In this document: positions 16,499 through 24,526 of the stretch, one piece after another
Position numbering within the stretch: position 1 is the stretch's first letter
Layout of the letters: every line of letters starts with the position of its first letter
From: a virus
Lineage: Duplodnaviria > Caudoviricetes
DNA length: 31,108 bases
Virus record (IMG/VR): IMGVR_UViG_3300025168_000388
Location: 1 to 31,108 of that record
Direction: 5' to 3' (one strand)
Notes under the pieces: generated by a model
Told to the model about the DNA's origin: nothing
The model's database searches: none
The model's input: the letters and a program-made list of their open reading frames with translations, nothing else
Program-made: the position numbers and the translations under genes

Positions 16499-18540
16499 TT
16501 TCCTTTATAATTTGGGTGGTGTCCATTATTAGGCATATTTACTGGTGCTTTAACTGCTTGTTTTCTACCTCTTGGTTTTGGTTCGTAACTTTTAGGAATA
16601 GTTTTACTTTTTTTGTAATCATCTAAATCATCACTACCAACTTCTTTACCTTTTTTTATTTTGTATAAAATCTGTTGCCATTTGTGACGACAATAAACGC
16701 CACCTTTAAATTTAAACAAATCATACTTTTGGTCGTTGTGCATTGGTAATTTAGCAGCTTTAAAGTTCATATCTCTGCTTGCTTTATCAATATCTTCTAA
16801 TCTGTAAACAATACCAGCACCAGTTCTGCTCATCATTTCTTTGCAAAACTCTCTGCTTTCTCCACCTCTACTACTACCTTTTGCGTATTTGTATCTTACT
16901 TTATACATTGATTTATCTAAAGTAGAAAAACCATCTTCTTTGCTATCTACAACATCACTTAATTGTATCATTGATTTAGCCCAATCCTCAACACTTTCAT
17001 TTTCATCATCTAAATCTCTAATATCAACAATTTCAAACTCTTCAGAATCCATTTTAACGCCTTTAAGCGAATCTAAAGCATCTTTTAATAGTTTATCACT
17101 ATCTTTATTAGAAACACTCTTAGAGGCCATTATTTCAAGCTCTGTAGTTTTTTCTTCTTCTATCTTTTTATTTAGTATTTTTTTTAATATTTGTTGTCCA
17201 TTTTCATTAAAAAAACCTTTTGCAATATTTTCAGGTAATTGTAAAAACTGAATTAAAAATACTGTTGCTTGTTCTTTTGTTAAAATACCTTCTTTTACTT
17301 TTGCAATTATATCAATAGCACTTGATATTTGTGCTCCATTATAAGATGCTTCTACTTGTTCAATTTCATCTTCACTTATTTCAGTAACAGGCTTATCAAC
17401 AATTTCACCATCTTCTTTTATTCCAGTTTGTTCTTCAATAGCTTCATCACCTTCAATATTCTCTAAATCCATAAACTCAAGTGGTTCAATGGTTTTAAAG
17501 TAAAGATTTAAACTAATATCATTTACTGCTAATATTGCATTTAAGCTATCAATTAAAAGGTTTTGGTATGGTTGTATAACTACGTTATTAAAAAGCCTTG
17601 AGGCGTTCTCTATTTCATCAGCATTTGAACCTAAACCACCGCCACTACCATCTCTTAAGCCAATAAGTAATGGTGAAGTAACTCTATGTGTTAGCATAAT
17701 CTTTTTAGAACATTCTTCACTTAAATACGTGTAATGTGCTGGAGCATCGTTTAATGGTATATCGGTTACAGTAGTAGCACTTTCGGCATTATTATTAAAT
17801 GCGATTATCGTTTTTTCTCCGTAACTTCCGCTTAACTTGTTCATTACATCGCTTTTGATAGCAAGTTGTTTCTCTCTATCTGGCACACCATTGTTAAAAT
17901 TTACAACCTTAGTACCACTAAAACCATTTTGAGTATCGTTAATTAAATAACAAGCTATTTCATCTTCAAGTGTTGCATAAGCAGTATTATAATCTGCTGG
18001 TGAATAATAATAAAAACCAGTTACATATCTTTTAATAATAAATATTTCATTTTGTCCACCACTACCAAATACTGGAAACTTCTTTAGTTTAGTATTTTGT
18101 TTAACTTTTGTCCAATCAGCAGAATAAAAATAGTTTTTTATTTCACCATTATCATTCATTTTTTCAGCTCTTAACGTTTCTCTTGGAAAGTGTGTTATTG
18201 CTGATATTTTATTTCCATTATAAGTAATCTGGAAACTTGCTTCACCTAATAATTTTAAATCTTGGCAAACATTTCTTAAATCGTGAGGTTTTACTAAACT
18301 TTTCATTTGTGCATACTGGTCTGGCTTTTGTGCAGAATCAGTAGCATCTAATCCTTTTCCGTATATCTGGTTAACAATACCATTAATTACAGCATTGTTT
18401 GTTGTACTATCCATATAAGCATTTATCAAACTTTGGTAATAATCATTGTTATCGCCTATTGAGACCCAATCTTTGTTGCGTTCTTCTGTGATTGTTGGTC
18501 TTTCGTATTGACCTAATTGTATTAAATGTAGATTATCCAT
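16495..18540 (-). CDS. Portal protein with an acidic linker and a C-terminal MuF-like (SREFC...GGVYCRH) domain
   Basis: NNAVINGIVNQIYGKGL, NGFSG, HRVTSPLLIG and GLGSNADE core; Cys/His C-terminal extension. Confidence 0.78.
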   Translation of the reverse strand: MDNLHLIQLGQYERPTITEERNKDWVSIGDNNDYYQSLINAYMDSTTNNAVINGIVNQIYGKGLDATDSAQKPDQYAQMKSLVKPHDLRNVCQDLKLLGEASFQITYNGNKISAITHFPRETLRAEKMNDNGEIKNYFYSADWTKVKQNTKLKKFPVFGSGGQNEIFIIKRYVTGFYYYSPADYNTAYATLEDEIACYLINDTQNGFSGTKVVNFNNGVPDREKQLAIKSDVMNKLSGSYGEKTIIAFNNNAESATTVTDIPLNDAPAHYTYLSEECSKKIMLTHRVTSPLLIGLRDGSGGGLGSNADEIENASRLFNNVVIQPYQNLLIDSLNAILAVNDISLNLYFKTIEPLEFMDLENIEGDEAIEEQTGIKEDGEIVDKPVTEISEDEIEQVEASYNGAQISSAIDIIAKVKEGILTKEQATVFLIQFLQLPENIAKGFFNENGQQILKKILNKKIEEEKTTELEIMASKSVSNKDSDKLLKDALDSLKGVKMDSEEFEIVDIRDLDDENESVEDWAKSMIQLSDVVDSKEDGFSTLDKSMYKVRYKYAKGSSRGGESREFCKEMMSRTGAGIVYRLEDIDKASRDMNFKAAKLPMHNDQKYDLFKFKGGVYCRHKWQQILYKIKKGKEVGSDDLDDYKKSKTIPKSYEPKPRGRKQAVKAPVNMPNNGHHPNYKGK

Positions 18541-18886
18541 AATATATAAATTGATTGTCTCCTGTGCTTTGTTCTATATAAACACCGTTTGAAATTTCAT
18601 AGTCTGAAAGTGTTTGGTCTGAACAATACATTTTGTCTTTGAAAATTATTGCGTTATCTGTTGTATTAGTGATTGTAATAGTATAGTATTGATTTTCAAC
18701 TAATGCTTGAGTAGTTGAATATTGATAATAGTAATCTAATTCAGCAAATGTTGCATTAACATCTGTAAATAAAACTTTATTTTGAGCTTCTGACTTTATC
18801 ACTAATTTATAAGTTTTAGTACCTGAAATTGTTTCTCTTGGTATAAAGTTAATAATTCGTGAACCACTTGTAGTTAATATTTGCAT
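18533..18886 (-). CDS. Hypothetical structural protein
   Basis: 117-aa beta-rich ORF coupled to the portal gene. Confidence 0.6.
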   Translation of the reverse strand: MQILTTSGSRIINFIPRETISGTKTYKLVIKSEAQNKVLFTDVNATFAELDYYYQYSTTQALVENQYYTITITNTTDNAIIFKDKMYCSDQTLSDYEISNGVYIEQSTGDNQFIYYG

Positions 18887-18897
18887 ATTTTTTTAAT

Positions 18898-18928
18898 AAA
18901 AAAGGGGAGGTTAATCACTCCCTCCCCT
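18898..18928 (-). terminator. Intrinsic terminator after the major tail gene
   Basis: AGGGGAGG-N10-CCTCCCCT followed by TTTTT on the minus strand. Confidence 0.85.
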
Positions 18929-18979
18929 CCAATCAAACTATATATTATGAATCACACAATTAATTTAATCGCGTATTTT

Positions 18980-19528
18980 TTAACTATTGGTTCCCACCGT
19001 AACTGTTACAGTCGCTGAACTCATTCCCGCAAGAGGGTCAGCAGCAGTACCGCCAGCAATAAAATTAGCTGGTTCTAATTCTTGACCAGTTAGTGTTAGT
19101 GAGTAACCACTCATATCACCAAAAGCAGTTCCAGTAGCTATGCTTCCACCAGTTACTTCCATCCCGTGTTCTAAACCACATAATAAGAAATTACCATTTC
19201 TATCTTCTACGCAGATATGAGGTCTACCGTAAGCCATAAGCTTTAGTTGTAAGTTATCTTCTTTAGATAATTTAGGTAGTGTTAAAGTTAATGTTTCTTC
19301 AAAGAATGTTGTTCCATTCTCTCTTGAGGATGTAATAGCAGTTTCCAAACTATTTGTTCCTTTTAAATCATATTGTAAGGCAGTAATTGTACCTGTCATA
19401 TCTGTAATTTCATCAGCAGTTTTTGTTACAGTTCCTAATTCACCAAAATCAATGAACCAAGCTCTTACTATACCACCAATAACATCTTTACAAGGCACTT
19501 TTCTACCAGCTGTTAAATCACAAGCCAT
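18980..19528 (-). CDS. Major tail (tube) protein
   Basis: MACDLTAGRKVPCKDVIGGI...ENGTTFFE...GYSLTLTGQE pattern; follows the capsid gene. Confidence 0.7.
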   Translation of the reverse strand: MACDLTAGRKVPCKDVIGGIVRAWFIDFGELGTVTKTADEITDMTGTITALQYDLKGTNSLETAITSSRENGTTFFEETLTLTLPKLSKEDNLQLKLMAYGRPHICVEDRNGNFLLCGLEHGMEVTGGSIATGTAFGDMSGYSLTLTGQELEPANFIAGGTAADPLAGMSSATVTVTVGTNS

Positions 19529-19548
19529 ATTGTTATTGTTTTAAATTA

Positions 19549-19568
19549 AGGGAGCATTTCAGCTCCCT
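19549..19568 (-). terminator. Hairpin between capsid and tail tube genes (weak terminator or stabiliser)
   Basis: AGGGAGC-tgaaat-GCTCCCT with a poor U-tract (TAATTT). Confidence 0.55.
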
Positions 19569-19585
19569 AATTATTATTTTATTTC

Positions 19586-20521
19586 TTAAGCGTGATAAAG
19601 AACTATATCAGAACCTATTCCGTAATTTACAGCACTTGTGTAACGCATTATTACTCTAACATTCTGCGAACCATCAAGGTCACTCATATCAAGCACCTTC
19701 ACTTCGTTCATATCGTTCAATAAACCAGTACCAAAGTATAGATTAGATTTTTGTGCAGCCATTGCTGTGTCATCAGCTAATCCATTAGCAACGAAGATTT
19801 TTACACCATCAAAAGATAGTTGACCACCAGCGTTATACCATTGTGTTCCTTGTGCGTTAACACCATTTGAACCAATAGAAGTAGCAAAACCACCTAAAGC
19901 TCTTACATAAGCTCTAGCAATGTTTTGTGATACGTAAATATGTAAATCTTCCTTATTGTAAAGTGCAGAAGGTACTGCATCAACAATAGAGCCTAATTTA
20001 TCAATTACGTTAGCAGCAGTTACAGCAGCGTGTGAAGCTACATCAATAACATCAGCATCAGCTAAAGCTAAAGTTGTTAATCCATCAAATTCACCAGCGT
20101 TTGCATTAACACCTTCCCAGATATTAGATTCAGTTTTTTCAGCTACTAAACCAGCTACGTGGCCAATAATGAAATCTGAAAATTTAGGTGGCATTTTATC
20201 AAATGCAGAATATCCCATTTGAGCAGCTTCCCAATCAGATTGAAAATCTTGCTTACAAAATTGTAAGTTTACTTGAAACTCCTCTGGTTGTAGTAGTCTC
20301 TCAGTTAATGTTACTGTAGCAGTTGCATCAAAATCACAAGAAGCGTTTTTAATTACGTTTGCATCAGTAGCTACTTTTTTCATAGTAGACTTATATTTGA
20401 TATTAGGCATTACTTCTATACCGCCTTTATCAATTGTGTTAGCACTTAAAAGAGCAGCAGAGATATATTTACCTGCAAATTCTCCAGCGTAAGTACTTGT
20501 TATACTTGTTGTTGTCGCCAT
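19586..20521 (-). CDS. Major capsid protein
   Basis: 311 aa, MATTTSITSTYAGEFAGKYISAALLS N-terminus; follows the scaffold gene; high-expression-like codons. Confidence 0.85.
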   Translation of the reverse strand: MATTTSITSTYAGEFAGKYISAALLSANTIDKGGIEVMPNIKYKSTMKKVATDANVIKNASCDFDATATVTLTERLLQPEEFQVNLQFCKQDFQSDWEAAQMGYSAFDKMPPKFSDFIIGHVAGLVAEKTESNIWEGVNANAGEFDGLTTLALADADVIDVASHAAVTAANVIDKLGSIVDAVPSALYNKEDLHIYVSQNIARAYVRALGGFATSIGSNGVNAQGTQWYNAGGQLSFDGVKIFVANGLADDTAMAAQKSNLYFGTGLLNDMNEVKVLDMSDLDGSQNVRVIMRYTSAVNYGIGSDIVLYHA

Positions 20522-20532
20522 TTTTTTATTAT

Positions 20533-21138
20533 TTAATTATTGTTAAAAATTTTATCAAAAACCCTGTCTTTAGTTGTAGCTGTTCTATTGCTTGCAATAT
20601 GAAAATTTACTTTATTATCAACTTCAGCTTCAGGATTATGTTTTACAGGTTCAGGAGCAACAGCAGAAAGTTCTTCTTTCTCTTCTATTACTTCTTCCTT
20701 CATTTCTTCTTTGTCTCCAAATTTTTCATCAATCATTGCTTTGATTTCTTCAACAGCAGATGCGAATTCTTCTTTGGTTACATATTTCATTTCTTCTTTT
20801 TCTTCTTCCTCTAATTCAGTTTCTTTAACTTCTTCAGATTCTTCAGATAATTCTTCTTCAACTACTTCTTCTTCAGCAGCTTCTTTAATACTGTCAATTA
20901 AACCTTCTTCAGATACAACTAAAATTTTATCACCTTCTAATTCGTATTCACCAACAGGTAGAGCAATTTGCTCATCTTCAGTTTTAATAAATACAGATTT
21001 TCCAGCTTCAAAAGATTCTGCAACTAATACAGTACCATTTTCTAATGTAATTTCAGCCATTTCTATTTTTTCTTCAGAAAGATTAACTTTTTCACCAACA
21101 ATATTTTTTATTTTGTTTAGTATTTCGTTTGCTTTCAT
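20533..21138 (-). CDS. Capsid scaffolding protein
   Basis: Very acidic, helical C-terminal half; LPVGEYEL; immediately upstream of the capsid gene. Confidence 0.72.
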   Translation of the reverse strand: MKANEILNKIKNIVGEKVNLSEEKIEMAEITLENGTVLVAESFEAGKSVFIKTEDEQIALPVGEYELEGDKILVVSEEGLIDSIKEAAEEEVVEEELSEESEEVKETELEEEEKEEMKYVTKEEFASAVEEIKAMIDEKFGDKEEMKEEVIEEKEELSAVAPEPVKHNPEAEVDNKVNFHIASNRTATTKDRVFDKIFNNN

Positions 21139-21154
21139 AATTTGAGTATATACC

Positions 21155-21185
21155 TATAAACGTTTGAAAACCTTTACTGTTATAT
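21155..21185 (-). promoter_or_regulatory. Putative phage late promoter, copy 2 (ATATAAC-N13-AAACGTTTATA), upstream of scaffold/capsid
   Basis: Intergenic; exact motif and spacer length shared with 29817-29847. Confidence 0.8.
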
Positions 21186-21202
21186 TTTTTTTCAACTTTA
21201 TT

Positions 21203-21343
21203 TTATACTTTGCCTATTCCTTGTGCTTGCAAGCTACCATCACAGCACTTATTACTATATCTTTTACCATCTGGACATAAACAACCACGCTTTGTATTTT
21301 TAGGTGATGTGTTGCTTGGGGTTTTAAATTTTTTACTTCTCAT
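21203..21343 (-). CDS. 46-aa basic Cys-rich protein (MRSKKFKTPSNTSPKNTKRGCLCPDGKRYSNKCCDGSLQAQGIGKV)
   Basis: Manual translation; starts 2 nt after the upstream stop; CLC/CC motifs. Confidence 0.7.
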   Translation of the reverse strand: MRSKKFKTPSNTSPKNTKRGCLCPDGKRYSNKCCDGSLQAQGIGKV

Positions 21344-21345
21344 AA

Positions 21346-22467
21346 TTATTTTTTTATATGTTCTTTACAAGGCATATACCATTCTTTGCCTTCAAACTCG
21401 TGAACGTGAAAACCTTCACATCCAATATTTTGAGCCATCTCTTCAGCTTTCTCTTGTGTGCTATAAGCTAATCTGTCATCAATAATAGCAAAGGTTTCAT
21501 CAACTACCATAGAAGATAAATTAATTTCTCCTAATTCCTTTAACTTGCTTTCACTCCATCTTAAACCAGCTTTACCACCCCACAATAAGTAACTAATAGT
21601 ACCACAAGCTTTTGTATCTCCTTCATCATAATATTCTTGCGCTCTTGATAAATAAGAATACATTCTTTTTAATGTTTCTTTACTAATGTTTTCTTTTTGT
21701 GCTAGTTGTTGTCCTCTTATTTTACCCACTTGTGTTGCACATTTATTATTAACTTTTTCATTTAGTTCAATACCTCGTTTTGCATTATTACTAACTGCTT
21801 GTGGATAATCTTTAAATGTTTCTAATTCTGTTCTTTTACCAGATTTAGTTCTTTTATCTTTTTTTATTAGTGCCTTAATATTACTAAGCATATATTCAGC
21901 TTCAGCATCTTCAATAGCTTGCATCTCTGCTTTTGTATCTGGTTTTTTAATTTGTGCTTTATCAGCAAAATAACCTTCAATACTAAAACCTTTTACTTTA
22001 CCAGTTTTAACATAGTTTTTCCAAACATCTTCATTTTCTACTTTCATTGAAATCATCCACGTGCCTTTAGGTACACTTAAGCCATACTTCTTAGATTTAT
22101 CCATTTCAGTATCTTCAACAATCCAAGATTCAACAACAGTTAAATTGTTAATTTCCATTTCGTGTTCTAAGGTTGCGTTGTTCTGCATACTATTTTGAAA
22201 AAACAACTCGCTTGCTCTCCTAACTGTTTTTTCAGAAAAATAAACGTAAAAAGTATTTTCTCCGTTCTTTCTAAAGATTGGTTTGTTAGGTATTAAAGCA
22301 GCTCCCATTAATAAACGCTTTTCATCATCTATTTTAGCTAATTTAATTTCTTGCTCTGATAGTGTTACAAAGTCAGATTCTATTGCTGGCATCTCAACGA
22401 TGCTCACAGCTTCAATTCCAGTTAACCCTTCACTATCTTCATCTAGTATTAATTCTATTATATCCAT
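21346..22467 (-). CDS. Prohead protease-like protein (XkdF/S78-like) with two C-terminal extra domains
   Basis: TLEH, VVESW, GTWMISMKV and GKVKGFSIEG motifs; upstream of scaffold/capsid. Confidence 0.75.
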   Translation of the reverse strand: MDIIELILDEDSEGLTGIEAVSIVEMPAIESDFVTLSEQEIKLAKIDDEKRLLMGAALIPNKPIFRKNGENTFYVYFSEKTVRRASELFFQNSMQNNATLEHEMEINNLTVVESWIVEDTEMDKSKKYGLSVPKGTWMISMKVENEDVWKNYVKTGKVKGFSIEGYFADKAQIKKPDTKAEMQAIEDAEAEYMLSNIKALIKKDKRTKSGKRTELETFKDYPQAVSNNAKRGIELNEKVNNKCATQVGKIRGQQLAQKENISKETLKRMYSYLSRAQEYYDEGDTKACGTISYLLWGGKAGLRWSESKLKELGEINLSSMVVDETFAIIDDRLAYSTQEKAEEMAQNIGCEGFHVHEFEGKEWYMPCKEHIKK

Positions 22468-22478
22468 TGTATTTTGTT

Positions 22479-24392
22479 TTAAAAAGTTGCTTGTGTAATT
22501 GTATTATTTTGTAACTGTTGTGCGCTGGTTACATCTCCAGCTACTACAAATGCTTGTACTGGTGGTTGTTGTCCTAATGCACCAGCTACTTGATTAAATC
22601 CTGATTGCCCTACTACATTAAAAGATGGTGGTTGTGTTGCTGCTGTTAAACTACCTCCACCAGTATTATCATTCGTTGTTGGTTTTACACTACTACCAGA
22701 ATTAAACCTTGTTGTTGCTATAGTTGCAATTTGAGCTGCACCAGCTAAAGCCATTGCAGCAGCAGCAGCATAGTTTGTAAAAGTTAAAGTTTTTACTGGA
22801 TGTGAAAGTTCATTCATAATACCTTGTGCAGTGCTTATTGTTGCCTGTGCTATACCAATAGCTTTATTAATTTTAAATGCTTTTTTTGCTCTTGCTTCAT
22901 CACCTTTTGCAAATGCATCTGCTAACTGACCAATTGAACTCAAAGTGTTAGATGCAATGTTTATTCTTGTGTTAGCTTCTGCTATTCTTCTTTCATAAGA
23001 TTTATTGTCACGTATTACATCATCGCGAGTACGTTCTTTATTAACTTTTTTGATATGCCTTTCTACTAAATCTTCTGTACCAGTTCTTACTTCTACTTTT
23101 TGTGCTTCTCTTTTTTGTAGTTTTGGTAATGAATCAAAATCAATTTTCTCAATAGCAAATTTAGCTGTTCTTAAATTTTGTAGTTCTTTTATTTCATTTT
23201 GTATTGCTTGTACTTTTTCATTTCTTGCAGCTAATTCATCTCTTGTTTTTGCTGCAGTGTTTTGTATTACTTTTAACTCTTCTTGTTTTAAAAGTATTAA
23301 ATCTCTTGTTTTGTTTGTTTCCTCTTCATTGGCTTTTTGTGCAGCTTTTCTTTCTGCTTTTTCTTCATTTCTAAATGTAGTTAATGAAGTTTGTAATCTT
23401 TTTTGTAATCTTAATTTAGATGTGTTTAACTGTATCAATTGAGCTTCTAATTGTGCTTCCTCATCTAAATCTTCTTTAGTGGATTTACTTAAACTATTCT
23501 CAAGTTTCTTTGCTTCAAATCTTAATCTTGCTGCTTCTATTTCTTGGTTGGTAATTTTTTCTTCTAATGCAGATGCTTCTTCTAAAAATTTAATTCTTTC
23601 ACTAACAGAAAATTTATCTCTTTGCTCTGCTTTGAATCTTAAATCTGCAATTTTTCTATCTGCTTTTGCTCTTTCAACAGTATTTTTTCTTTCTATTTTA
23701 TCTGCTTTAGCTCTATCATCAGCAATTTTTGCAGCAACTTTACCTTCTTCTTCAAGTTCTTTAACAAATTCTTTTGTTTTGTTTATTGCTTCTTGTGTTT
23801 TTTCAATTACATTATCAATACCTAAAACAACTTTTGCTGTTGCATTGGTTGCTACTTTACCAGCTTCTTTAAATTCACCTTTAAATAATAAACTAACAGC
23901 TTTACCTAGTGCTGGAATTAACTCCATTATACCTTGAAACCTGTTAATAATATTTTCTTTAATTAAATTAGCAAAATCTTTTATCGCCTGTTTTGGATTT
24001 TCAAAAACAGATATTACAGCTTCCCCAAAATCTGCTAATAAATCTAAAACGTTGTTTACTACAGAACCAATAACACCCATTAATTTAGCAAACTTATTTT
24101 GTCCTGCTTCACTTCTTGTAAATGCTTGACCAAGTGCAACTACAGCCAATACTAAAGCACCAATACCTGAAGCAATTATTGCAACTCTTAAACTTTTAAA
24201 AGATTTTACTGCTCCTAATACATTTGTTTTTAAAGCATTAAATCTACCTACAGCTCCACCAGTAATAGTATTTAAACTGTTTTGTGTGCTTTTAGCATCT
24301 TTGCCAGTATCTTTAATTGAATCGTTTAATTCATTAACTTCTTTTACTGCTCCTTTTGTTTCTACATTAACTTTATATGTAACTTCTTTCAT
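22479..24392 (-). CDS. Tail tape measure protein
   Basis: 637 aa, Ala/Lys/Glu-rich coiled coil with hydrophobic Ala/Gly segments (SGIGALVLAVVAL). Confidence 0.78.
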   Translation of the reverse strand: MKEVTYKVNVETKGAVKEVNELNDSIKDTGKDAKSTQNSLNTITGGAVGRFNALKTNVLGAVKSFKSLRVAIIASGIGALVLAVVALGQAFTRSEAGQNKFAKLMGVIGSVVNNVLDLLADFGEAVISVFENPKQAIKDFANLIKENIINRFQGIMELIPALGKAVSLLFKGEFKEAGKVATNATAKVVLGIDNVIEKTQEAINKTKEFVKELEEEGKVAAKIADDRAKADKIERKNTVERAKADRKIADLRFKAEQRDKFSVSERIKFLEEASALEEKITNQEIEAARLRFEAKKLENSLSKSTKEDLDEEAQLEAQLIQLNTSKLRLQKRLQTSLTTFRNEEKAERKAAQKANEEETNKTRDLILLKQEELKVIQNTAAKTRDELAARNEKVQAIQNEIKELQNLRTAKFAIEKIDFDSLPKLQKREAQKVEVRTGTEDLVERHIKKVNKERTRDDVIRDNKSYERRIAEANTRINIASNTLSSIGQLADAFAKGDEARAKKAFKINKAIGIAQATISTAQGIMNELSHPVKTLTFTNYAAAAAMALAGAAQIATIATTRFNSGSSVKPTTNDNTGGGSLTAATQPPSFNVVGQSGFNQVAGALGQQPPVQAFVVAGDVTSAQQLQNNTITQATF

Positions 24393-24526
24393 TTCTTCAT
24401 TCTTAATTGGTTTAAACCTTCTTTAAATGTTAGTGGTACTTTGTTAATACCTAATGCAATATTTATATGTTTATCATATAATTTATTTTCTTTACAAAAT
24501 TCTAATGCTTCTAATATTGTTTTCAC
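24389..24526 (-). CDS. Small hypothetical protein (45 aa, MKTILEALEFCKENKLYDKHINIALGINKVPLTFKEGLNQLRMKK)
   Basis: Manual translation; GTGA overlap upstream and ATGA overlap downstream. Confidence 0.65.
   Translation of the reverse strand: MKTILEALEFCKENKLYDKHINIALGINKVPLTFKEGLNQLRMKK

Noticed and set aside
18947-19018. Plus-strand 23-aa ORF (MNHTINLIAYF...) with a leader-like upstream sequence
   Set aside because: Antisense to the tail tube 3' end, no promoter seen, and no other plus-strand genes; the leader-like sequence is better read as an antisense seed, though this is not fully excluded
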